From Escherichia phage K1ind2: a DNA stretch of 42,765 bases. Below the pieces are notes generated by a model. That model had not been told where the DNA came from and ran no database searches. It worked only from the letters and a program-made list of their open reading frames with translations. The DNA is taken from sequence record NC_041898.1. One strand, given 5' to 3'. Both the position numbers and the translations under genes were made by a program. Positions 27,562 through 36,347 of the stretch are shown piece by piece (the first letter of the stretch is position 1; every line of letters begins with the position of its first letter).

Positions 27562-29731
27562 AACGCTTCATCTCCGCACCTTCTGCTACAAGAGGGAACC
27601 CCTCAGCCCATTCCGGTAATTCGCACATCAACCGCTCAAGCTCTGCAACATTGTATTCTGGTAAATCTGGTGTCTCGCAGATAATCTCATCGTGTACGTG
27701 AAGCACAATCGGATAGCCGTTTGCTTCTACGTTAAGCAGCGCATTAGCCAACAAATCACGGCACAGCGCCTGAGTGCAGTTTTCCACGAGTTTACCGGAA
27801 TATGTGTACTGGAAGCCCCACTGCCGTGTTAACTGGTTTTCGCCCTGGTACTTGATGCGGACGTTAGTGGACACCTTCCCGTCTTCGTCTGTCTCTTTCG
27901 ACACGCTTAACCCGACACCTGGATAAGACATAACGCGGCCCGACGGCAACGTCATGCGCAACCACCAACCGGCGACTTTGTTGCCGTTGTTATCTGTCTC
28001 TACGTTACGCGAAAACTTAACGCCGCGAGGCCCTGCAGTGAACTCTTTACCTGGATTGCGGATAGCTGCCATAGCTGCGTCTTCAATATCCCGCCAGAAA
28101 GCTACTGTTTCAGGGTGAGACTCCCGCCACATACGCTTGATGGCGTCGCATGTACGCCACACTTTCTTGTCCAGAATATATGATGGTCGGTCATCTTTTT
28201 CACCGGGACGTGGCGGTCTCTTGGCTTCCTGAATACGCGCCCACTCATACCCACGCGCGGTAGCGGCCCAGATGTGGTCGGGGAAAGTCCCGTCCATTGT
28301 TTTTGCCATATCAACAAGGTCAAGGCCGAGGTTCTTGGCGAACTGTACGAATGCGCCGACACCACCCGCGTAGCCAAGTCCCAGTTCGCATGCCTTACCA
28401 ATCTGGCGTAAGTCTTTACGTTCTTTCTTAATGTAATCCGGCTCCATACCGAACATCTTACCCGCGGTTACGCAGTAAATATCCAGTCCGGCACGGAACG
28501 TATCTAGCGCGGTTTCTTCCCCCGCCAGCCACGCAAGCCCGCGGCCTTCGACGTTAGAGTAATCGGCAACGACAAACTTATGTCCGGCTTCCGGGATAAT
28601 GCAGCTGCGAACCGTAGATGCCGTTAGCTTGGCTACATCAAAACGGCGATGTGCTCGGCCCTTAAGTAATGCTGAAATACCTTTATCCAGTTCATCATCG
28701 TGATAGTACCCACGCGCCAGGTTCTGCGGCTGGAAGCCTTTACCCGCAAATCGTAACGTACGTTTAGCTCCACCATACTGGATGCAACCGCGACGGCGGT
28801 CGTCAGACGAGCGGCCTAACAGCAGCGGGTTATATTTCGTTGACGCAGTGGATGCCGCCCCGAGGCGCATTTCTATAATCGTGCGGGCGTCGTCCGGTAA
28901 ATCATCGTCAGCAAGCAGGTCGTTAAGCGTAGACTTCTGCGCGTTGTGGATGCGATGCGCAGGCGCCAGTTCACGCAGAATCGGCAGGAAGTCCTTACCT
29001 GTAAGCGAGCCGCCGTATTTACGTTGGGCTTCTTCCTGTAACTGTGCCTTGTGTTTCTCCACAGCTTCAATTGCGGCTTCCGCCAGCGCAACGTCGACCT
29101 TAAACCCGCGGTCGTTAATTAACTGGTCCAGTTCCAGTACACGGTCTTCGAACTCGGAGTTACCCCAACGCGGCAACTTATGGAACACTTCACGCATCGC
29201 GGTGATGTCGCTAACGGCGTACTTGATGAACAGCGCCCACTCATCCGGGTGCGTTTCAGCAGTGTAGCGGCGAATTTTGTAGTTCTTCGGCGTCGGTTTA
29301 GAGAAACGCTGAATAAGCGCTTTGCCTCGTTTGTCTTTCGCGTTGTCTGCAGACACGCCAAGCACTTCGCACAATGCGTCGAGTGAACCCGGCAGCGCGT
29401 GACGAAACGCCCAAATCATCGTATCAATGGTGTTGCTTACGGGAATATCAAAACCCCAGCAGTGCTTCATGATGAGTCTGTCGAACATTGAGCCGTTGTG
29501 CCACACCATCTTAATACGGCTGTTTGGTTTCACCAGACGGCGTAACGCGCGGTGCAAATCCCCCGGCATGTCGCTGCCGTCGGTGCAGTCCCATACCTGT
29601 ACATGCTCGTCGTCAAAAGCATATGTGCAGATAAGCACTTCGGTGGTTGGGTGTTCGGCGTAAGCGTAGGAACCAACTTTCTTCAAATCGGCTTCGGAGA
29701 ATGTTTCAAAGTCTAAGAACAGGTAACTCAT
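27551..29731 (-). CDS. DNA polymerase I-type (family A) with N-terminal 3'-5' exonuclease domain
   Basis: 726 aa; N-terminal LFLDFETFS exonuclease motif; C-terminal family A motif C (VLHVHDEIICE). Confidence 0.9.
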   Translation of the reverse strand: MSYLFLDFETFSEADLKKVGSYAYAEHPTTEVLICTYAFDDEHVQVWDCTDGSDMPGDLHRALRRLVKPNSRIKMVWHNGSMFDRLIMKHCWGFDIPVSNTIDTMIWAFRHALPGSLDALCEVLGVSADNAKDKRGKALIQRFSKPTPKNYKIRRYTAETHPDEWALFIKYAVSDITAMREVFHKLPRWGNSEFEDRVLELDQLINDRGFKVDVALAEAAIEAVEKHKAQLQEEAQRKYGGSLTGKDFLPILRELAPAHRIHNAQKSTLNDLLADDDLPDDARTIIEMRLGAASTASTKYNPLLLGRSSDDRRRGCIQYGGAKRTLRFAGKGFQPQNLARGYYHDDELDKGISALLKGRAHRRFDVAKLTASTVRSCIIPEAGHKFVVADYSNVEGRGLAWLAGEETALDTFRAGLDIYCVTAGKMFGMEPDYIKKERKDLRQIGKACELGLGYAGGVGAFVQFAKNLGLDLVDMAKTMDGTFPDHIWAATARGYEWARIQEAKRPPRPGEKDDRPSYILDKKVWRTCDAIKRMWRESHPETVAFWRDIEDAAMAAIRNPGKEFTAGPRGVKFSRNVETDNNGNKVAGWWLRMTLPSGRVMSYPGVGLSVSKETDEDGKVSTNVRIKYQGENQLTRQWGFQYTYSGKLVENCTQALCRDLLANALLNVEANGYPIVLHVHDEIICETPDLPEYNVAELERLMCELPEWAEGFPLVAEGAEMKRYAK

Positions 29732-29744
29732 TATTTTCGACCCT

Positions 29745-29771
29745 TAGTAAAAAGGCCCAATGAAGGGCCTT
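29745..29771 (-). terminator. Terminator/attenuator hairpin between SSB-like gene and polymerase gene
   Basis: Minus-strand reading aaggcccttcattgggcctt followed by TTTTT. Confidence 0.5.
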
Positions 29772-29790
29772 AGTTAAATTGATTCAGATA

Positions 29791-30417
29791 TTAACGGCGA
29801 CGACGTTCGCGGCGCGGTGCTTCATCCTCTTCATCGTCTTCAAGGTCATCGACGCTTGCGGCTACTTTAGAACCGCCAAACGCTTTACCTTCACCAACGT
29901 ATTTAATAGCCAGCAGGTTAACGCCGAGGACTTTGTATTTCTGGCTGAACCAGATTTCAACGCTTACGTTAGCGACGCAGCCGCTGTAAACCTGTTCACC
30001 TTCAATCTGTTCGCCGTCTACATTGAAGTCCTGTTCTACCTGAGTCTCGCCTTTTTTAGAGGTTACAATCAGTGGCTGTTTCTGTGCCTTCGCCTTGAAG
30101 TAGAAGCCTTCCGGGAAGTCTTCAAACGGATTGTCGCGCTCGGCAATGTCTTTAATCGCACATTTATCCATGTGCTTACCTTCGCCGTAGTTTGACTTCA
30201 TCCACTTCTCAGCGGCAGCTGCGCCCAACGCTTCTTCAACCACAGCGTAAACGGTGTCGTAGAGCGCGTCGATTTGTGCGTGGTCAGACGGCAGGATGAT
30301 AGTCGCGCTGTACTGGCCTTTAGTGATTGAGCCATCATCGTTTTCACGGTCTTTTTCGCGTTCGAATACGTTAACCCATGCAGTGTTTACTTTACGCAGA
30401 TTCAGTTTAATACCCAT
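29791..30417 (-). CDS. Single-stranded DNA-binding protein (T7 gp2.5 / DUF2815-like, putative)
   Basis: 208 aa; acidic C-terminal tail (DDLEDDEEDEA) then basic end; position next to polymerase and Cas4-like nuclease. Confidence 0.5.
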   Translation of the reverse strand: MGIKLNLRKVNTAWVNVFEREKDRENDDGSITKGQYSATIILPSDHAQIDALYDTVYAVVEEALGAAAAEKWMKSNYGEGKHMDKCAIKDIAERDNPFEDFPEGFYFKAKAQKQPLIVTSKKGETQVEQDFNVDGEQIEGEQVYSGCVANVSVEIWFSQKYKVLGVNLLAIKYVGEGKAFGGSKVAASVDDLEDDEEDEAPRRERRRR

Positions 30418-30470
30418 CGTGATTTCTCGCTTTTCAGTTTACTCCGGGAACTGCCCGGCCAGTGATTAGA

Positions 30471-30499
30471 ACTATAATAGCTAACTATTCAGGTGTCAA
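30471..30499 (-). promoter_or_regulatory. Sigma70-type promoter (TTGACA-N17-TATAGT), copy 2 of 3
   Basis: Minus-strand -35 TTGACA (plus 30494-30499), 17-nt spacer, -10 TATAGT (plus 30471-30476). Confidence 0.6.
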
Positions 30500-30503
30500 C
30501 ACT

Positions 30504-31769
30504 TTATTCCAAATCTTCTTCACTAACCTGATTCCACTCAGGACGTTTGTCGTCTGCCGTTGCGACACATGGTGCGCCTGGCTTACGGGTAATAAACGGC
30601 TCAAGCGCTGCCATCTCATCCGCAGAAAGAACTTTTGCTGCCTCCGTAGGGGACATCAATACCTCTTTTTTGAGAATGTCGCCGTGTGACACTTCAATCG
30701 CATCGGCATCTTTCCACGCACGATTACCCGGGCGGCCTTCTACCAGTTTGTACCCTGGCACTTTCTTACCTGAATGCAATGTGGCGGACATCGCTTTCTC
30801 AACCTTGTCGATGTGCTGGCGCAACAGCGGCAACTTCTCATACTCAACTACGAGTTGCTCCGTCGTCAGTTCCAGCACAAAGTCGTCTTCAAGTTCTTCC
30901 GCCAGTACAGAATTAACCGTCTTTGTACGCGCGGCACACTGTTCAGAGAACCGGCACCACTGGCAACCATCGACCGACGGTTTAAAGTCCGACGCTTTCA
31001 GGTTCTTCTTTCCACGGAAATAAGCATCAAGCGCTAACAGTGCCCGTTTCTGTGCGAACTTAGCGAACAGTTCCAGACCTTCGACCGAGATGTCCCACTC
31101 TGACGCACCCCCCGCGTACGGCTGGAAGATGACCAGGCGCACTACTGTGATGTTATAACGTCTCTTGAGTCGGCGATAAACACCGAGAGCGTAAAGCATA
31201 AGCTGCTTGTTTTCTTTCGCTTCAACACGATGCCGTCCAGTTTTAAGGTCGCCAATAATGAGCATGTGCTCGTCGGTGTTCGCCAGTTCCTGAACGGCAA
31301 CAATGTCGGCGGTTCCGAATGTCTCAACGCCTTCGTAGCCTGGATGCAATACCTCAGTAAGATTGACACGCATCTCGAGTTTGGCGTAAGTCGCTACATC
31401 GATAACAGCTTTGCAGTGGTCGGTGTACTTGCGCACCTGCTCAATCATGTCAGCCGTAATCAGTACCGCGCCTTTCATCGGGCTGCTTAGCGCCTTAATC
31501 TGGCCTTTACCCTCATCCAGCACGTAAGCACCTACTTCGCGCTCTAACGGCAACGCAGTGCCTTTGATGTACTGGTTTAAGTGCATCTCAGCTATGGTGT
31601 GCATAGCCGTCCCTAATACGGCGGCTTTACCTGACGTGTTAGGAATATCTTTTTCACAGGCCAGTGATGCACTGCACGCCAGCCACTTTTTAGCACCAGA
31701 CGGCGACAGTAAGGCGTGCACATCGTTATTGCCGCCGCGTTCCTTTAAAATCATACCCTGCTCTCCCAC
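30504..31769 (-). CDS. PD-(D/E)xK nuclease with Cas4-like cysteine cluster (DUF2800-like exonuclease)
   Basis: 421 aa; GTADIVAV and IIGDLKTG (D...D-x-K core), QLMLYAL (QxxxY), C-terminal CQWCRFSEQC plus an N-terminal Cys, as in Cas4/RecB-family nucleases. Confidence 0.7.
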   Translation of the reverse strand: MGEQGMILKERGGNNDVHALLSPSGAKKWLACSASLACEKDIPNTSGKAAVLGTAMHTIAEMHLNQYIKGTALPLEREVGAYVLDEGKGQIKALSSPMKGAVLITADMIEQVRKYTDHCKAVIDVATYAKLEMRVNLTEVLHPGYEGVETFGTADIVAVQELANTDEHMLIIGDLKTGRHRVEAKENKQLMLYALGVYRRLKRRYNITVVRLVIFQPYAGGASEWDISVEGLELFAKFAQKRALLALDAYFRGKKNLKASDFKPSVDGCQWCRFSEQCAARTKTVNSVLAEELEDDFVLELTTEQLVVEYEKLPLLRQHIDKVEKAMSATLHSGKKVPGYKLVEGRPGNRAWKDADAIEVSHGDILKKEVLMSPTEAAKVLSADEMAALEPFITRKPGAPCVATADDKRPEWNQVSEEDLE

Positions 31770-32023
31770 TGGTCAATTAAATGTCGTGTCTGGTGATGGC
31801 AATGCATGACCCACCCGTACATCGACTCGAAGACATAAAAGTCAGGTTTGGCGAAAGTCGTGCGCTTAATCTGCGACACGTGACGGCCTATATCTTTAGG
31901 CCGTGGTACTTTTCCTAAGTACGCCATCTCTTCCATCTGGTGCGAGCCAGACGGCGCACGTAACAGCCATAGCGCCTCTGTGTTATCCCGCCGGTCAACG
32001 GCGCGGTATAGTTGGTAAATCAT
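31751..32023 (-). CDS. Hypothetical protein
   Basis: 90 aa; overlaps start of nuclease gene by 19 nt; contains CHHQTRH. Confidence 0.4.
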   Translation of the reverse strand: MIYQLYRAVDRRDNTEALWLLRAPSGSHQMEEMAYLGKVPRPKDIGRHVSQIKRTTFAKPDFYVFESMYGWVMHCHHQTRHLIDQWESRV

Positions 32024-32066
32024 AATCCCGACCCTCGGTTAAAGCGGCCCGAAGGCCGCGGGATAG

Positions 32067-32537
32067 TTATTCTTCTTCGAAATACTTGTTCTTGATTGCT
32101 GTCAGGCGCTCCAGATACTCAGCCAGGTCTTCGTCTTTAATCGCTGCAATCTTCATCTTCTTTCCGGTAAACTCTTCCAGCAGTTCGTCAGAATCGTCGC
32201 ACGCGGCATCGCTTGGGCCTTCGTTAATCGCATCGTCGATAGCCTGAATCTGGTCGCGCAGAGACTGGTAATCGACTTCTTCTTTCTCTTCTTCCGGCTC
32301 TGGCGTTGGCTCCTCTACTTTAGCTTTACGCGGCTTGCGCTTCGGCTTCTCTTCTTCTGCTGGTTTAGTGTCAATGGTGTCTTCACCTTCTACCGGGATT
32401 TCTTTCGTTACTTCTTTCACAACAGTAGGCTCTATTGTTGCAGTTTTGGCAACGACAACTTGTTTCGCACTGTTCGCAGCAATCAGTTCATGTGCAACTA
32501 CGAAACGTTCCAGTAATACTAAGAATTTCTCTAACAT
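32067..32537 (-). CDS. Hypothetical acidic early protein
   Basis: 156 aa; GAGGAG SD before ATG; highly acidic/lysine-rich middle; first gene downstream of promoter copy 3. Confidence 0.45.
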   Translation of the reverse strand: MLEKFLVLLERFVVAHELIAANSAKQVVVAKTATIEPTVVKEVTKEIPVEGEDTIDTKPAEEEKPKRKPRKAKVEEPTPEPEEEKEEVDYQSLRDQIQAIDDAINEGPSDAACDDSDELLEEFTGKKMKIAAIKDEDLAEYLERLTAIKNKYFEEE

Positions 32538-32568
32538 TATTTATTCTCCTCTCGTTTGGTATGGTCTA

Positions 32569-32597
32569 ACTATAATAGCGAACTATTCACTTGTCAA
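32569..32597 (-). promoter_or_regulatory. Sigma70-type promoter (TTGACA-N17-TATAGT), copy 3 of 3
   Basis: Minus-strand -35 TTGACA (plus 32592-32597), 17-nt spacer, -10 TATAGT (plus 32569-32574). Confidence 0.6.
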
Positions 32598-32661
32598 CGG
32601 GCTTTTCTAAAATAATTAATATGGTACTATTCACATATCAACTGACTAAGGAGTAATTGAC

Positions 32662-32877
32662 ATGCAACCATCTGAACTAGGCATCCGTGTAGAACAGCGC
32701 CGTAAAGAACTCGGTATTTCCCAGCGCAGTCTGGCTGTCCTGGCCGGCGTTTCCCAGGGTGCAATTAACCAGCTTGCACTCGGGGTAACGCGGGACGTCC
32801 GCCCAGCAACACTGTTTAAACTGGCGGAAGTGCTAGAGGTAGATGCCAAGTGGCTGGCGTTCGGTGAAGGGGCTTAA
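32662..32877 (+). CDS. XRE-family helix-turn-helix transcriptional regulator (Cro/CI-like)
   Basis: 71 aa; HTH signature LGISQRSLAVLAGVSQGAINQLALG; AAGGAG SD 8 nt before ATG; lone plus-strand gene inside the minus-strand module, divergent from promoter copy 3. Confidence 0.75.
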   Translation: MQPSELGIRVEQRRKELGISQRSLAVLAGVSQGAINQLALGVTRDVRPATLFKLAEVLEVDAKWLAFGEGA

Positions 32878-32894
32878 CGCCCCTTTCTTTTTAC

Positions 32895-35162
32895 CTATTC
32901 CAAATCTTCCTCGGTCACTGTAAGCATTTCATTCGGTTCGTATATTGTCTTCGGAATCTTGTTGTCCGTTATTCGGGTATTCAATCTGTAACGGCCCGGG
33001 ATTATCTGATTGTTTTCGTCCGTACCAGGTACAAGATACCCCGCCTCAACCATTTTCTTAATCTTTCCGCGTTCTATGGCTTCTTTGGAGTTGAACGCCT
33101 TCGCGTTGGGGTCAGACTGTGCGAGCTTATTTGCCGCGGCTACCGTGATACCTTCGTTGCCGTTGTAGGTTCCTTCCGCCAGTTCAAACGCCGCCAGTAT
33201 CGTGGCTTCCGAACTGTTGACGGCGTTCTCCATGGTTCTACGTACGTTTTCTTTACCTTCCTTAGTCAGTCCTTCTTCCCGCTCTTTCTCCTCGTCGGTC
33301 TTGAACGGTTCGAAGCCCCACGGCATAAGCACAAGCGCTTTGTGCGGCTCAGGCAGGTCGAGGTTAACGGTTGTGCCGTATTCCTCTGTGCTACCGAGGA
33401 ACTCAACCGCGCGGTATTCTTTCGGTGGCGGGGCTTCGCGGAACTGTACCGACTCAAGCACCATACCAACCGTCTTCTGTTGCGGCCCATGCTTAAATTT
33501 AGAGTGGTATACATTTATCTGACGGTCTGTCGCGCGTTCGATTGTCAGCTCCACATCGACGCCAGCGTACAGCGCACCACTACCTCGGGCTTTCTTTCCG
33601 CCCTTCGGTGTATGGTGTACAACGCCTACCGCAGCTTTAGTCGCGTCACGTACTTCTTTCAGGATGGCGATAACCTTACCCATGCCGATTGCCGTTGATG
33701 AACTGTTCTCGTCGAACTTATCAATCGTCAGGGCTAGCGTCTGGTTGAGGGTGTCGAACGCAACCATGCCGATGGGTTCGTCACCCGCAGTTTCACGCAT
33801 CAACTTAATCAGGCTTTTCAGTTTTCCGACTTCGCCCATGTCGATGACATGTACATAATCTTTACCTTCCTCGCTATACTTAGCTGCGAGCGCATCGATA
33901 CGGGTGCGTGTAGCTGCGCCGCCCTCACCGTCGATATAAAAATGGTGGCAACGCTGCGTATCTGCCCCCGCAAACCGGTATCCGGCGGCGCTCAGGTACA
34001 TCATCCCCAGCGTATAGAACGATTTGTACGTGCCGGATTCCCCGACAATATCCCAGATACAATCTGACGGCATGTACCCTTCAACGACGAAATCCGCCTT
34101 TACCGGTTCCGGTAACTCGTCATCCTCTGAGTCCTCATCATCTTCCAGGTCGTCGAGGCTGCATGAAACAGATTCACGTGCACCCCATCCGATGGCCTCT
34201 GCGACTTCACTGAACGGCAGCCCCGTCGCATCGCACGCATACTTCCACACCTCTTTCGGTGACATGCCTTCGGTCGCCGTAATGTCAGTGTCGTGAATCA
34301 TGGTTACGTTCGGCGCCTCATATCCCTCTCGCGGGAAGCACAGCAGGAAGTCATCCGGGCGCGGCGTCGGGTCGCTGTAGTTTTCTGCGTGTTCTGGCGT
34401 AGCTGGCATCTTAAGGCCTCGTGGCGTCATGATACCGCCATACTCGAACGCCAGTGCCTCGAACGCGTCGGTAAACGCGGTGCGCAGTTCTTCCGGTATC
34501 TGGTAATCCGATGCGCTGCTAACGTCAACGGCGGGGATGCCTTCCAGTAACTCGTCCGGGTCAATCAGGTCGTTGCGGCGTGACCAGATAACGGTAGAGC
34601 CAACCGGAGGCAGGTACATCGGTTGCGAAAGAGTGAACCCGCTGCGGTCAGCACCCATGCTTTTGAAGAAGTGTTCCAGCAATCCATGGCGAACACGGAT
34701 GATGTCACCACCTTCGACCGGACGGGCCAGCGGCATGACGACGCGAAAGCGCGGGGACTCGTCGGTATGTGATGCCGTGGTATAGATACACAGGCCCCGG
34801 CGGCTGCGTTTAACTAAGCGCACCGCTTCCTGATACTCTTCTGGTGTTGCGCTGTCGAAGTCCAGATACGCCAGCGACGATTTGCTTACAGACGCGTCAC
34901 AGCGATAGAAAAAGCCTTTACGCGCTTGCTTAAAGTCGGCGGTTTCCGGGTCTTTTACAGTGCTGTGCGTCGAGTCGCACGCGGCGGTGATATAACCGGG
35001 CGCGGTCTTCGGGTTAATTCCGTCACGGACAGCATCGAGTGGCTGGATTAACTCTTTCAGGTCGTCCAGTGTTGCCGTGTGTGTGGTTCTGACGTTTATA
35101 TCCTTTTTCTCAGCCCGCGCGTTGCGACGCGACCACGAGTAGGATAAAATTACATCGGACAT
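32895..35162 (-). CDS. Primase-polymerase / helicase fusion protein (AEP-like N-terminus, RecA-like ATPase C-terminus)
   Basis: 755 aa; N-terminal LAYLDFDSA (DxD) and TASHTDE consistent with an AEP/prim-pol domain; central Walker A GESGTYKS and Walker B-like VAFDTL. Confidence 0.65.
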   Translation of the reverse strand: MSDVILSYSWSRRNARAEKKDINVRTTHTATLDDLKELIQPLDAVRDGINPKTAPGYITAACDSTHSTVKDPETADFKQARKGFFYRCDASVSKSSLAYLDFDSATPEEYQEAVRLVKRSRRGLCIYTTASHTDESPRFRVVMPLARPVEGGDIIRVRHGLLEHFFKSMGADRSGFTLSQPMYLPPVGSTVIWSRRNDLIDPDELLEGIPAVDVSSASDYQIPEELRTAFTDAFEALAFEYGGIMTPRGLKMPATPEHAENYSDPTPRPDDFLLCFPREGYEAPNVTMIHDTDITATEGMSPKEVWKYACDATGLPFSEVAEAIGWGARESVSCSLDDLEDDEDSEDDELPEPVKADFVVEGYMPSDCIWDIVGESGTYKSFYTLGMMYLSAAGYRFAGADTQRCHHFYIDGEGGAATRTRIDALAAKYSEEGKDYVHVIDMGEVGKLKSLIKLMRETAGDEPIGMVAFDTLNQTLALTIDKFDENSSSTAIGMGKVIAILKEVRDATKAAVGVVHHTPKGGKKARGSGALYAGVDVELTIERATDRQINVYHSKFKHGPQQKTVGMVLESVQFREAPPPKEYRAVEFLGSTEEYGTTVNLDLPEPHKALVLMPWGFEPFKTDEEKEREEGLTKEGKENVRRTMENAVNSSEATILAAFELAEGTYNGNEGITVAAANKLAQSDPNAKAFNSKEAIERGKIKKMVEAGYLVPGTDENNQIIPGRYRLNTRITDNKIPKTIYEPNEMLTVTEEDLE

Positions 35163-35220
35163 GTTATATTTCCTTCAGCAAGTAATTTGGCCTCGGCGTT
35201 CACCGCGTCGGGGCTTTCTT

Positions 35221-35496
35221 TTATTCCAGGTCGCGGGAGATATTACCCTCGGGCACCAACACTTTTCCAATACTTCTCGCTTTCTCTGTAATAGGCGTCG
35301 CTCTTGTTGCCCGATAAAACTTTCCTTTATTAAGAATCTCACCATGTCGCTCGAGCACATCTAAAGCATGTTTGATCGGGTTTACACCGTAATTATCCAA
35401 CCGGTATCTCCGAAGCCCGTCTACCGTAAAAGCGCCGTTCGCTTCGGTCAGTCTGCGTGCACACATTAATATGTGTTTCTGGAATTTAGTTAGCAT
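35221..35496 (-). CDS. Hypothetical protein
   Basis: ORF track 35221-35541; internal ATG at 35496 with GGAGAA SD preferred (91 aa). Confidence 0.4.
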   Translation of the reverse strand: MLTKFQKHILMCARRLTEANGAFTVDGLRRYRLDNYGVNPIKHALDVLERHGEILNKGKFYRATRATPITEKARSIGKVLVPEGNISRDLE

Positions 35497-35665
35497 CTTT
35501 AACGTTCTCCTTAATCCACGCCTCCACAGTAGCGCGGTCAAAGGTACCTGGCTGACGGTAGCCGTTGATAACGCGGCAACACTCCGGGAACTTTCCTGAC
35601 CGAAGCCAGCGATTAAGAGTCATAGGGGAAACCCCGATTAAGTCTGCTACTTCTTTCTGTGTCAT
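35486..35665 (-). CDS. Small HTH DNA-binding protein (AlpA/excisionase-like)
   Basis: ORF track 35486-35695; ATG at 35665 with GAGAGGG SD preferred. TQKEVADLIGVSPMTLNRWLRSGKFPE is a typical AlpA/MerR-type HTH. Confidence 0.6.
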   Translation of the reverse strand: MTQKEVADLIGVSPMTLNRWLRSGKFPECCRVINGYRQPGTFDRATVEAWIKENVKDAN

Positions 35666-35736
35666 TTTACACGCCCTCTCTATCAAGTGAAACAACTATA
35701 ACACCTACAATAGACAAACACAACCTATTGACAAAA

Positions 35737-35765
35737 TAAAATGTAGCTGTAAAATCAACGTATCG
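35737..35765 (+). promoter_or_regulatory. Candidate sigma70 promoter (TTGACA-N16-TAAAAT) in long intergenic region
   Basis: TTGACA at 35737-35742, 16-nt spacer, TAAAAT; about 380 nt upstream of the first plus-strand early gene. Confidence 0.4.
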
Positions 35766-36086
35766 AATGGCTTTAGTTAAGAATTACTTAGAAACAATAT
35801 TCTTAAGTCTCGGGTACTTAAAGCCCCGCCATAAAGCGGGGCGCTAAATAGTACTCTTGGTAACGTTAGTATCTAAGTTTCCTCAAAGTAACAGCAAGTG
35901 GCAAGAAAGCCCCCGTCTATTTAAATTTTACCCTCCTTCATAAGACACTGATAATTAAAAGTTTCTATAGTTGCCGTAAACGTGGAAGAGAGTACTTCAC
36001 TTCGCTGGGGTGGGCTAACGCCCACCCACTGCGTTGCGTACTCTTTTAAGAAACGAAAGAATCACAACGGCAACGTAACTATTCTC

Positions 36087-36115
36087 TTGCACACCCCAAC
36101 ATAATAGGATACTAT
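36087..36115 (+). promoter_or_regulatory. Sigma70-type early promoter (TTGCAC-N17-TACTAT)
   Basis: -35 TTGCAC 36087-36092, 17-nt spacer, -10 TACTAT 36110-36115; about 35 nt upstream of ATG 36150; near-identical copies at 13808-13836 (minus) and 37387-37415. Confidence 0.65.
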
Positions 36116-36149
36116 TCACTTATCGAGACGAGACAGAGGAGTGAGGGTT

Positions 36150-36347
36150 ATGTTTAAGAATGGTCAGTTGGTTAAATACTCCGACGATAAACACGGCATA
36201 ATTGAATTAAAATCTGCTTTATTTCCAGGAAAGTACGTAGTTACCGTGCAAAATGTGAGAGGAGTAAATTCACAAATATACGTAGCAGAGGAGAACTTAA
36301 AACTCATCGGCAACAATTTTAAATTTAAAGGGGGGAGGGTGAAGTGA
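36150..36347 (+). CDS. Hypothetical early protein
   Basis: ORF track 36141-36347 (GTG); ATG 36150 with GGAGTGAGGG SD preferred (65 aa). Confidence 0.45.
   Translation: MFKNGQLVKYSDDKHGIIELKSALFPGKYVVTVQNVRGVNSQIYVAEENLKLIGNNFKFKGGRVK

Noticed and set aside
32662-35665. XRE-family and AlpA-like HTH genes considered as evidence of a lysogeny module
   Set aside because: No integrase, recombinase or CI-size repressor with a peptidase domain was found; small HTH proteins are common early regulators in virulent phages. A temperate lifestyle cannot be inferred.
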